Below, one piece after another: positions 18,452-26,988 of a stretch of 59,670 bases of DNA. The stretch is from an uncultured Bacilli bacterium (GTDB lineage: Bacteria > Bacillota_I > Bacilli_A > RF39 > UBA660): contig CANQXB010000002.1 in assembly GCA_947627805.1 (NCBI GenBank), positions 1-59,670 on the forward strand, in the 5' to 3' direction. Every line of letters begins with the position of its first letter. The first letter of the stretch is position 1. Both the position numbers and the translations under genes were made by a program. Under the pieces are notes generated by a model. The model did no database searches. It was not told the origin of the DNA and saw nothing but the letters and a program-made list of their open reading frames with translations.

Positions 18452-18994
18452 ATGAGATGTATTGGAAAACTTACTGATGAAGATTTTAATTTAGAAAGTG
18501 TACCTTTAGATAATCCAAGAATTAGATATGCCGCACGAGGAATTATTTTTAATGAAGATGGTAAAGTAGCTATATTATATAAGCAAAAGAAAAATGAATT
18601 TAAACTAATTGGTGGCGGAATTGAAGAAGATGAAGATCCAAAAGAGGCATTTGAAAGAGAAGCATTAGAGGAAACTGGTTATAAAATAGAAATATATGAG
18701 TGTTTGGGTACTTTTGAAGAAATAAAATCTCGTGATAATTTTAAGCAAACATCTTATGTGTTTGTATCAAGAGCATTAAAAAAAGTTAGTAATCCCCACT
18801 ATACTGAAAAAGAATTAAAAGAAAATTCTCAATTCCTATGGTTAGATTTAGAAAAAGCACTTAAAATAATAAAAGCTTGTCAAAAAAATATTTTACCTTC
18901 TGAATTTGAAAGCAGATTAAGTCTATATCATACTAAATTTGTTGTAAGAAGAGATTACTTGATATTAAAATATTATAAACACAACTATTATTAA
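18452..18994 (+). CDS. NUDIX hydrolase
   Basis: The Nudix box is GGGIEEDEDPKEAFEREALEETGY (GX5EX7REUXEEXGU). I prefer the ATG at 18452 with GGTGA upstream. The track start at 18431 is a GTG. Confidence 0.85.
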   Translation: MRCIGKLTDEDFNLESVPLDNPRIRYAARGIIFNEDGKVAILYKQKKNEFKLIGGGIEEDEDPKEAFEREALEETGYKIEIYECLGTFEEIKSRDNFKQTSYVFVSRALKKVSNPHYTEKELKENSQFLWLDLEKALKIIKACQKNILPSEFESRLSLYHTKFVVRRDYLILKYYKHNYY

Positions 18995-19062
18995 GAGTTA
19001 GGTAAATAATACATAACGTTATGTAAAATAAACCTTTTACTTAAATTTGATTTTAAAATATA

Positions 19063-19096
19063 ATAAGACCATTAAAAAAGGAGGTCTTATTTTATT
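19063..19096 (+). terminator. Terminator-like hairpin overlapping the RBS of the next gene
   Basis: ATAAGACC-(12 nt containing AAGGA)-GGTCTTAT followed by TTTATT. The right arm includes part of the AAGGAGG Shine-Dalgarno of 19097. Confidence 0.5.
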
Positions 19097-20917
19097 ATGA
19101 ATAATTTATCAAGTAAAGCTACTGATATTGTTTTAAATGGCTTAAATAGTATTAGTATAAAAGAAAATAAGGCCTTTAAAGATATAAATGTAGCATTAGT
19201 AGGATTAGGTCCTCATGCAAAAAGAATATATTTAAATTATTTAAGAAAACATAAAATAGAATTAAGCTTATTGGTAGAATTAGAATCTAATAAACAAAAT
19301 TCTCGAAAATATCTTGATGAAAACGGATTTAAAAGAACTAAAATTTTTACTATTGATGATAAATATAAAGATTTAGAACATTTACCAGTTAAAGTTGCTG
19401 ATAACTTACACGCGGTATTTAAAACTCTTGAAATAACCCATTTATTGATTTCAACAGAGCCAAAAGCTCACAATATGTATATAGAGTTTGGTTTAAAGAA
19501 TAATATTCACACATTAACTGATAAACCTATAACTGTTACTAAAAATATGACAAGTTTAAGAAGTATAGAAAAGGTTAGAAAACAATATTATAATATAGTT
19601 AAACTTGCCGAAAGTTCTAGTGCTATGTGTAAAGTTATGTGTCAAAGACAATATCATAAGGGATATGAATATATCAAAAATTTATTAAATGAAGTTGTTT
19701 CTAAATATCAAATGCCGATTACTTATATTGATATTTATCATTGTGATGGCAACTGGGAAATGCCCCACGATTTAAAAAAAGAAAATCACCCATATAAGTA
19801 TGGATATGGAAAACTTTTTCATAGTGGATATCATTTTATAGATTTATTAAGTGATTTTTTAAAAATTAATATGCAATTAAATGATACAAAAAGAATAACA
19901 AAGGGTGAAATTAATAGCAGATGCTTTACTCCAAATGATGAAATTAATGTATTTAATATCGAAGATTATAAAAGAATATTTAAAAATCAAGATATACCTG
20001 ATTATTATTTTGAAAATGATGATCCTAAATTTAAAAAGTATGGTGAGAAAAATTTTTATGGATTGTTGGAGTTTAGAAATAAAAACAATCAAATAATTAC
20101 CAATGCTAATTTAAACTTATTACACTATGGTTTTTCTCGTAGAGGTTGGATTGAGTCAAAAGATTATTATAAAAAGAATGGCCGCATAAGACATGAAAGA
20201 ATAAATATTCAAGTAGGACCTCTTTTAAACATTCAAGTCCATAGTTATCAAAGTAAAGAAATAAAAGATAGAGATCCAAACAATTTATTAGAAGAACAAG
20301 TTGGTGGATTAGAACATTTTGATATAGATATATATAGAAATGTTGATGTTATTGGAGGAAAACCTTTTGAAAGAATTAGCTTGGGTAGTTTATATACTGA
20401 TAAAGAAAGAAAAGAATTTTTAGGATATAACGAATTATCAAGAGAAGTTTATTTAAATAATTTCTTTAAAGGTAAATGTGATAAGGGAGATATAAAAGAT
20501 CAAGCTTTAGCAATTGAAATATTATATAGTTGTGCTAAAGGAATCCATAATTATTACAATAATAAAGAGATAACTGAAAAGATAAATGTTTGTAATGAGT
20601 ATACATATCCATTTATTGCAAAAAGATTAAAAAGTTATTCTAATAAATCCACTATAAATTTAGACAAAGAAATTGTTAAATATAATGAATATTCTAACAA
20701 TATTTATACTGTATATAATTATATGAAATATGTTCCTTCAAATAACAATTATGAAGTATTCATATCTATCGAAGATACTAAAAGTGTCGCTGGATCACTA
20801 TTATTTAAGGCATTTAAGAATAAATTTATAGCTTACATTTATTATAAACATATAGAATATATTGCTAAACATAAGAAAATAACATATCTTGAAAAACTAA
20901 TCGAAAAAACTAAATAG
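19097..20917 (+). CDS. Protein with Gfo/Idh/MocA-like NAD(P)-binding N-terminal domain and long uncharacterised C-terminal region
   Basis: The N-terminus VALVGLGPHAKRIY ... LISTEPKAHNMY...HTLTDKPI resembles the Rossmann GxGxxxxxxH and EKP-like motifs of Gfo/Idh/MocA oxidoreductases. The remaining ~400 aa or so are unrecognised. Confidence 0.5.
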   Translation: MNNLSSKATDIVLNGLNSISIKENKAFKDINVALVGLGPHAKRIYLNYLRKHKIELSLLVELESNKQNSRKYLDENGFKRTKIFTIDDKYKDLEHLPVKVADNLHAVFKTLEITHLLISTEPKAHNMYIEFGLKNNIHTLTDKPITVTKNMTSLRSIEKVRKQYYNIVKLAESSSAMCKVMCQRQYHKGYEYIKNLLNEVVSKYQMPITYIDIYHCDGNWEMPHDLKKENHPYKYGYGKLFHSGYHFIDLLSDFLKINMQLNDTKRITKGEINSRCFTPNDEINVFNIEDYKRIFKNQDIPDYYFENDDPKFKKYGEKNFYGLLEFRNKNNQIITNANLNLLHYGFSRRGWIESKDYYKKNGRIRHERINIQVGPLLNIQVHSYQSKEIKDRDPNNLLEEQVGGLEHFDIDIYRNVDVIGGKPFERISLGSLYTDKERKEFLGYNELSREVYLNNFFKGKCDKGDIKDQALAIEILYSCAKGIHNYYNNKEITEKINVCNEYTYPFIAKRLKSYSNKSTINLDKEIVKYNEYSNNIYTVYNYMKYVPSNNNYEVFISIEDTKSVAGSLLFKAFKNKFIAYIYYKHIEYIAKHKKITYLEKLIEKTK

Positions 20918-21069
20918 TTTACTTTTTAAATACTTTTTGCGTACTAAATTTATACGATTTAGTTTATTGATTTATCATTGTCAAGGTTTATAATGTAGTA
21001 AAATGAGTTAATTCTGTAAGAAGAAATAGCTCATTTATTTATTATTAGAAAATATTGTTGTTACATCTC

Positions 21070-21098
21070 TTGACAAAAATTGCCATTTGAAATAAAAT
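21070..21098 (+). promoter_or_regulatory. Sigma-A-type promoter candidate (TTGACA-17 nt-TAAAAT) at the head of the transfer region
   Basis: The -35 TTGACA is at 21070-21075, the spacer is 17 nt, and the -10 TAAAAT is at 21093-21098. Confidence 0.5.
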
Positions 21099-21124
21099 AA
21101 ATGACAATTCTTGAGGTGATGATT

Positions 21125-21193
21125 ATGTACTCAGTAGAAAGATGCAAATTTAACAATATTAAATTAGTAATAAATTATAAAGAGATTTTATAG
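21125..21193 (+). CDS. Candidate 22-aa leader peptide (MYSVERCKFNNIKLVINYKEIL)
   Basis: GAGGTGA lies 5 nt upstream of the ATG. The ORF runs through the left arm of the 12-bp terminator stem, and its TAG stop is the first loop codon. Confidence 0.3.
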   Translation: MYSVERCKFNNIKLVINYKEIL

Positions 21194-21226
21194 TTAGAAT
21201 TTTCTGCCTTTAAAATCTCTTTTTAA
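21179..21226 (+). terminator. Intrinsic terminator/attenuator upstream of the regulator gene
   Basis: Perfect 12-bp inverted repeat AAAGAGATTTTA (21179-21190) / TAAAATCTCTTT (21211-21222), with a 20-nt loop and a following T-run. Confidence 0.55.
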
Positions 21227-21245
21227 ATGAAAGGAGTGAGTCTTA

Positions 21246-21779
21246 ATGGATAATGTTGTAACAATAGATCAGTTGCTAAATGTTAGTAAAACAGTAACTG
21301 AACATGCAAAAGAAGAAACAGAAAATAATCAACTTTTAGATGAATATATTTGCAACCGATACAATATTTTAAATGAAAAAAAGAAACTTATAAAATTGTT
21401 TTCAATTTTTAAATCAGCTAAATATTTATATAGTTTTCCTATTGAAGAAAGTATTAAGACAACTCCAGTATATGAAAAGAGGTTAGGAACTGCTCAAAGA
21501 ATTACCCCAAGTCAAGTAGATAGTACAGTAGAAAGACATTTAGATAAGATGATATTTATAACAGAATTATATAATACATTAATTATTTTAAGTTATAAAC
21601 TTACCATAAGTGAAGCTATTTATTTGATAAATACATTTTTAACTCATAAATCAGAAGATGATATCGCGGAAATAATTGGCATTTCAAAAACATATCTTCA
21701 AAAGATTAAAAAGAGTTGCATAGTAAAGATGTGGACAGATTTTAATAAATATTGTAAAAATGATTATTGGAATGATTAA
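21246..21779 (+). CDS. Sigma-70 region-4-like HTH regulator (ArpU / Tn916-Orf7-like)
   Basis: 177-aa protein. The C-terminal SEDDIAEIIGISKTYLQKIKKSCIVKM resembles a sigma region 4 HTH. It is the first gene of the single-strand transfer block. Confidence 0.5.
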   Translation: MDNVVTIDQLLNVSKTVTEHAKEETENNQLLDEYICNRYNILNEKKKLIKLFSIFKSAKYLYSFPIEESIKTTPVYEKRLGTAQRITPSQVDSTVERHLDKMIFITELYNTLIILSYKLTISEAIYLINTFLTHKSEDDIAEIIGISKTYLQKIKKSCIVKMWTDFNKYCKNDYWND

Positions 21780-21797
21780 ATAAATCATTCTTTTTTT
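21771..21797 (+). terminator. Rho-independent terminator candidate
   Basis: AATGATT-AAATA-AATCATT hairpin overlapping the stop codon, followed by CTTTTTTT. Confidence 0.55.
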
Positions 21798-21854
21798 GAG
21801 TTTATAGGGATCTCATTATAAAAAAACTATTTTTTTATGGGAAGGAGGTTTGAA

Positions 21855-22094
21855 ATGGATATTAGATTATCTTTAACTAGAGAATTAGGCGATTTAGTAA
21901 AGGAAAGAGCAGAAGAACTTAAGATTTCTAATCAAGACTATTTAAGAATGTTAATAAGACTTGATTTAGCAGTTAAAAGATATCAAAAGTTATCTGCTTA
22001 TGTTGATGTTCTATATGAAAAGATTAATGAATATCATGATAAGTTAGGTATTTATGCAACACCTTTACAAGATTATCCTATTGTCAATTTCTAA
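21855..22094 (+). CDS. Ribbon-helix-helix (CopG/MetJ-like) small DNA-binding protein
   Basis: The MDIRLSLTRELGDLVKERAEELKISNQDYLRMLI pattern is beta-strand, helix, helix. GGAAGGAGG lies 6 nt before the ATG at 21855. The track start at 21837 falls inside that SD. Confidence 0.5.
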   Translation: MDIRLSLTRELGDLVKERAEELKISNQDYLRMLIRLDLAVKRYQKLSAYVDVLYEKINEYHDKLGIYATPLQDYPIVNF

Positions 22095-22152
22095 AAATAG
22101 ACGCTGACTTTTTATTTATAACGTGATAATATAGTTGTAATAAATAAAAGGA

Positions 22153-22851
22153 GTGATTTATACGAAAAAAACATTTATTATTTTTTTAATAGTTTTCTTA
22201 TTATGTGGCTGTGGTAAAGAAAATAAAGTTACAGAAAACAAAGTTTTACAAAATGTAGTTGAATCAGAGCAAGAAAAAGAAATTGAAGAAAATAATAAAA
22301 ATGTTGATGTTCAAGAACAAGTTGAGGAAAAAAATGAAACTGATTCAGACACAAATGAAAAAGTAGAAAGTAAAGATACAAATAATAAGAATAACATGAA
22401 TACAAATAACAATACTAATACAAATAAACAAGAAACTAATACAAATGCAAGTGAGAATGTTGAAAGTAATGTAGAAGTAAAAAAAGAAGAAGAAACAAAT
22501 ACAAAGCATACTTGCACAGATGCTGATTCAGGATTTGTTATTTGGAAAAATAATTATTTAAAAACTAATAATACCTCGAGATTATATGATTCTTTTGATA
22601 TAGCTTATGCGGCAGGGTATGAAATAGCATCTAAATATTCTTATGGTTATATTGTAGATAAATCACCATCAAGATATTCTGATGATACTTGTACAAAAGA
22701 AGTTTATATTTTAGAGATTTATGTTCCACAAGGCATTTGTGAAAACAATCCAATGTTGTATGTTCCTAATAATATAAATATTGAGGGACAACATTTAACA
22801 TCAGTAGGATATTTAAAGCAATTAGGTTATGAATGTGTAGGTAAAAGTTAA
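22153..22851 (+). CDS. Lipoprotein with Asn/Glu-rich linker
   Basis: Lipobox LLCGCGK is present, followed by a low-complexity N/E/T-rich region and a Cys-containing C-terminal domain. The start codon is uncertain because the GTG at 22153 overlaps the GGAG. Confidence 0.6.
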   Translation: MIYTKKTFIIFLIVFLLCGCGKENKVTENKVLQNVVESEQEKEIEENNKNVDVQEQVEEKNETDSDTNEKVESKDTNNKNNMNTNNNTNTNKQETNTNASENVESNVEVKKEEETNTKHTCTDADSGFVIWKNNYLKTNNTSRLYDSFDIAYAAGYEIASKYSYGYIVDKSPSRYSDDTCTKEVYILEIYVPQGICENNPMLYVPNNINIEGQHLTSVGYLKQLGYECVGKS

Positions 22852-22863
22852 AATGATATTATG

Positions 22864-22886
22864 GTAAGCAAATGCTTACTTTTTTA
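22864..22886 (+). terminator. Rho-independent terminator candidate
   Basis: GTAAGC-AAAT-GCTTAC hairpin followed by TTTTTTAATT. Confidence 0.6.
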
Positions 22887-22912
22887 ATTGGAAAAAATGA
22901 AAGGGTGGTTTA

Positions 22913-25900
22913 ATGGTAAAAAGAAAAAATTTAGTATATATTTTATTTTTGCTTATGCTTTTATTATTTGGTCAAGAAAAAGTTAATGCAGAAACCGCAA
23001 AGGTTACTGCAACAAATGTAGGAAGTTATTTTCATGCTCACATGGAATCAAGTTCTCATTTTAATCATTATGGTCAAATTTTAAACACTAAAATTACTGA
23101 TGGTACTTCAATTGGAGCCCAAGCATATTGTATAGCACCAGGAGAAGTAGCTCATAGAAGTAGATATTATAATGTTTATGATTATAATACAAATGATATT
23201 TTAAATTTGATTAATAATACCCAAGAAAAGGATACAAATAAATTAACTAGAGAACAATTAAATAAAATGCAATTGTATGCCCACTATGGATACGGATATG
23301 GAAGTCATTCTGATAGCGTATATATAGTTGCTACCCAAATGTTAATTTATAGAGTAATTGAACCGACAGTGTTTACTACGGGATTATGTGATGAAAGTGG
23401 ATGTACGAAAGTAAATGATCCAGCTGCTGTCACTAATGCTATGAATGAAATTCAAGCACTCGTAGATAATCATTCTATGACTCCAAGCTTTAATGGAACA
23501 GAAATAAAATTAAAGAAAGGGGAAACATTAGAATTAGAAGATACTAACAACGTTTTAAGTAGCTTTGTCGTAAAACAATGTGATAATTGTAATGCCCAAA
23601 TCAATGGCAATAAATTATCAATATCTACAGATAAAGGCGGAGAAGTATCTGTTGTACTAGAAAAGAATATAAATACATTTAATAATTCAGTTTTATTTTT
23701 AACTTTGGAAGATTCCCAAAACTTTATTACAAGTGGTAATGTAGATCCAATCTTTGCTAGAGTTTCTGGAGAATTAAGTGAAGGTTATATTGAAATTAAT
23801 AAAGTTGATTCTGAAACTAATAGTTGTGAAGCGCAAGGGGATGCCAAACTAGTTGGAGCTGTTTATGGTATTTATAATGAAGAAGGCGAAGAAGTTGACA
23901 CATTAACAATTGGAAGTGATTGTAAAGCTAAATCAAGAGCTTTAGAAGTAGGAGAATATACAGTAAAAGAAAAATCTCCAAATGTTGGATATAAAATAGA
24001 CACGAGATCCTATAATGTTTCAATAGAAGAACATGAACAAGTTGTTTCCGTAACTTCTAGGGAAGATGTCTATAAATTTGACTTTCATTTGTTTAAAGTT
24101 AAAAGTGATGGTACGACCGGAGAAATTGAAACAGAGCCGAACGCAGTATTTGATGTAACTTTAATAAGTAAAGGTAAAAAGATGGGTACTATTACTACTG
24201 ATGATAAGGGAAGAGCAAAAATAACTTTGCCTTATGGTAAATACAGTGTCTGTCAAACTAAAGGTGCAGAAGATTCTGAAGATGCTAAATGTTTTGAAAT
24301 AGACATTAAAAATAAAGACGTTGATAAGGTAATAAACAATGGTCCAATTAAAGCTAGGATTAAAGTTGTAAAAGTTGATTCAAAAACAGAAGAAACTTTA
24401 CCTATTGCGGGAATAAAGTTTAAAATTAAAAATTTAGACACAAACGAATATATCTGTCAAACAATTAGCTATCCAAATGCTGAAAAAGTATGTGTCTTTG
24501 AGACAACAAGCGAAGGAATACTATATACACCTTATCCACTAGAAGTTGGCCATTATCAATTAGAAGAACTTGATCAAGTTATTTATGGATACTTGTGGAA
24601 TAGCGAACCTTTAAAATTTGAAATCAAGAAAGATGCTGATTTTACTTATGATGATGAATTAGGAGTAATCTTAGAAGTTAAATTTGCTAATCAAGAGGTA
24701 CGTGGTAAAATTGTTATTTATAAAAAAGGAGAAGAATTTGTTATTCAAGATGGCAGTTTTACTTATGAAGAAATTGTTTTAAAAGGGATTAAATTTGGCC
24801 TTTATGATGAAGAAGGCAATTTAATTGGAACAGTTATTACTAATGAGGATGGATATGCCGAGTTTACAGATTTGAAATTAGGAAAGTATATTCTAAAAGA
24901 AATTGAAACAGTTGATGGTTATGTTCTGGATAATAAAGAATATGAATTCAACTTAGAATATAAAGATCAATATACACCAATTATTGAACAGGAAATAACT
25001 TTAAAAAATTATTTAAAGAAAGGTAAAGTGGAAATTACTAAAGTTGATATATCAAATGGTAAACCTTTACCTAACACTTTAATTGAGGTTTACACCATTA
25101 ATGATGAATTAATATTTAGTGGCAGAACTGATAGATATGGTAAAGTTATTATTGAAAATTTAAAAGCTGGTAAATATTACTTTTTAGAAAAAGAAGCTCC
25201 ACGAGGATATCTTCTAAACAAAGATAAAATGTTTTTTGAAATTAAAGAAAATGGGGAAATAATTAAGTCAAAAATGAAAGATGTTCCAATAACTGGAAAA
25301 CTAGAATTTACCAAGACCGATTTATCAACTGGTGAACCACTACCAAACACTTTAATTGAAATTTATAATTATAGAGGAAAATTAGTGTTTAGAGGAAGAA
25401 CAGATGAAAATGGTAAAATCGTTATTAGAAGATTAAGATATGGTAGATACTATATTTTAGAAAAAGAGGCCCCAGAAGGATACGTTTTAAATACAGAAAA
25501 AATGTTCTTTAGAATCAAAAGGAATGGAGAAGTTGTTAAAGCTAACATGGAAAACAAATTAATAACTGGTACTTTAGAATTTACGAAAGTTGATATTTCA
25601 ACTGGTGAACCTTTGCCAAACACTTTAATCGAAATATATACGGATAAAGATGAGTTAATCTTTAGTGGTTTAACTGATGAAAATGGCAAAGTTATTATTG
25701 AGAATTTAAAATATGGAAAATACTATATTTTAGAAAAACAAGCACCAGAAGGTTATATTTTAAATCCCGAGAAAATGTTCTTTGAAATAAGAGAAGATGG
25801 GGTAATAGTTAAAAGTGAAATGACAGATGAAAAAATACCTATTCCTAACACATTGTCAAATTCATATTTTGTTTATATTCCAATATCATTGTTTATTTTA

Positions 25901-25981
25901 TCAAGTGGAATTTTAATTGTAACTTCAACATTAAGTAAGAAAAAAGAAAGAGAGGTAAAAAATGACAAAAAGTCAAAATAG
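22913..25981 (+). CDS. Large surface adhesin with Cna-B/SpaA-type (prealbumin-like) repeats and C-terminal membrane anchor
   Basis: It has a signal peptide ending in ...VNA. There are many units of the form G.(I/L)E(I/F)(N/T)K.D...G..L.GA.F.(I/L). These include three tandem 91-aa repeats. The C-terminus is PIPNTLSNSYFVYIPISLFILSSGILIVTSTLSKKKER. Confidence 0.85.
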   Translation: MVKRKNLVYILFLLMLLLFGQEKVNAETAKVTATNVGSYFHAHMESSSHFNHYGQILNTKITDGTSIGAQAYCIAPGEVAHRSRYYNVYDYNTNDILNLINNTQEKDTNKLTREQLNKMQLYAHYGYGYGSHSDSVYIVATQMLIYRVIEPTVFTTGLCDESGCTKVNDPAAVTNAMNEIQALVDNHSMTPSFNGTEIKLKKGETLELEDTNNVLSSFVVKQCDNCNAQINGNKLSISTDKGGEVSVVLEKNINTFNNSVLFLTLEDSQNFITSGNVDPIFARVSGELSEGYIEINKVDSETNSCEAQGDAKLVGAVYGIYNEEGEEVDTLTIGSDCKAKSRALEVGEYTVKEKSPNVGYKIDTRSYNVSIEEHEQVVSVTSREDVYKFDFHLFKVKSDGTTGEIETEPNAVFDVTLISKGKKMGTITTDDKGRAKITLPYGKYSVCQTKGAEDSEDAKCFEIDIKNKDVDKVINNGPIKARIKVVKVDSKTEETLPIAGIKFKIKNLDTNEYICQTISYPNAEKVCVFETTSEGILYTPYPLEVGHYQLEELDQVIYGYLWNSEPLKFEIKKDADFTYDDELGVILEVKFANQEVRGKIVIYKKGEEFVIQDGSFTYEEIVLKGIKFGLYDEEGNLIGTVITNEDGYAEFTDLKLGKYILKEIETVDGYVLDNKEYEFNLEYKDQYTPIIEQEITLKNYLKKGKVEITKVDISNGKPLPNTLIEVYTINDELIFSGRTDRYGKVIIENLKAGKYYFLEKEAPRGYLLNKDKMFFEIKENGEIIKSKMKDVPITGKLEFTKTDLSTGEPLPNTLIEIYNYRGKLVFRGRTDENGKIVIRRLRYGRYYILEKEAPEGYVLNTEKMFFRIKRNGEVVKANMENKLITGTLEFTKVDISTGEPLPNTLIEIYTDKDELIFSGLTDENGKVIIENLKYGKYYILEKQAPEGYILNPEKMFFEIREDGVIVKSEMTDEKIPIPNTLSNSYFVYIPISLFILSSGILIVTSTLSKKKEREVKNDKKSK
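25022..25840 (+). repeat. Three tandem 273-bp (91-aa) repeats inside the adhesin gene
   Basis: The units start at 25022, 25295 and 25568, giving an exact 273-nt period. Each encodes G.(V/L)E(I/F)TK.D(I/L)S.G.PLPNTLIE.Y...(E/K)L(I/V)F.G.TD..GK(I/V)(I/V)I..L..G.YY.LEK.AP.GY.LN. Confidence 0.85.
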
Positions 25982-26384
25982 TGATAAAACTAAAAAAAGT
26001 GTGAAAAGTAACGAAAAGGAAGAAAAGAAAACTACTAAAGATAATGAATTTTATACAATTGGCAAATTAACAAAGGATCCTGAATTAAGGGAAACATCAA
26101 GTGGTATAAAATATGTTAATATTACTTTAGCAGTTAATGATAAAAATCCTAGATATTTGTATTATACTTTATGGGCAGAAAGAGCTGAAGAATTATGTAA
26201 TACATCTAAAAAGGGTTCTAAAGTTTGTTTAAAAGGTCATAGTGTTGGAAAGAAAGCTGACATAGTAAAAGATGATAAAACATTTACTATTTTCTATAAT
26301 GAAGATAGGGTAGAAGAATGTTTAAATCTTGAAAATTCAAAAGAAGAAGTTACTACCACAAAAGATGAAGAAATGGTTAAATAA
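25962..26384 (+). CDS. ssb: Single-stranded DNA-binding protein (OB-fold), atypical termini
   Basis: FYTIGKLTKDPELRETSSGIKYVNITLAVND...LWAERAEEL is an SSB OB-fold signature. A Lys-rich N-terminal extension is present. I did not see a canonical acidic D-D-D-(I/L)-P-F tip. Confidence 0.7.
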   Translation: MTKSQNSDKTKKSVKSNEKEEKKTTKDNEFYTIGKLTKDPELRETSSGIKYVNITLAVNDKNPRYLYYTLWAERAEELCNTSKKGSKVCLKGHSVGKKADIVKDDKTFTIFYNEDRVEECLNLENSKEEVTTTKDEEMVK

Positions 26385-26959
26385 TGATTGATAAGAATAA
26401 AATTTATACATTAAAAGAATTAATTAATTTGTATAATTTATATAATTTGGAATTTAAATTTTATGGTAATAATGATAAAGGAGATTTAGAATTATACTTA
26501 AAAACAGACATTGATAAGATGTCTGTTTTTAAAACCATAAAAGAACAAACTAAATATGAATATTTGAAATTAGATGAGGAAAAAGCAAAAGATATAAAAT
26601 TTCAATTTGATAGGGAGGTTGAAGAGTTGGATTTAGATATAGTAGCAATAGTTATTAGAACTAGTGATGTAAACATTCCATCTGGAAAATATAAATTAGA
26701 AACATTAGATAAATTAACCAAAGAGCAAGATTTAGAAGATAGAAAAGATTCTAATGGAGAAGATGGTATATCATTTCTTATAGTAGATCAAAACTTATCT
26801 TGCCCTTTATATGATGATGTTTATATGTTTGGAAAAGATGAAGGGGGATTAATTAATTATCTTGAAAAAAGATTAGAAGAACAAACAGATAATTTATTAT
26901 ATAATAATTTAAAAATGATTTTAGATTATTATAACAATATCAAAGAAAAAAGTTTATAA
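26384..26959 (+). CDS. Hypothetical protein
   Basis: 191-aa acidic ORF with a TAATG overlap with ssb. No motif recognised. Confidence 0.55.
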   Translation: MIDKNKIYTLKELINLYNLYNLEFKFYGNNDKGDLELYLKTDIDKMSVFKTIKEQTKYEYLKLDEEKAKDIKFQFDREVEELDLDIVAIVIRTSDVNIPSGKYKLETLDKLTKEQDLEDRKDSNGEDGISFLIVDQNLSCPLYDDVYMFGKDEGGLINYLEKRLEEQTDNLLYNNLKMILDYYNNIKEKSL

Positions 26960-26988
26960 AAGAAATAAAAGGGGGTTTTTATATAGAT

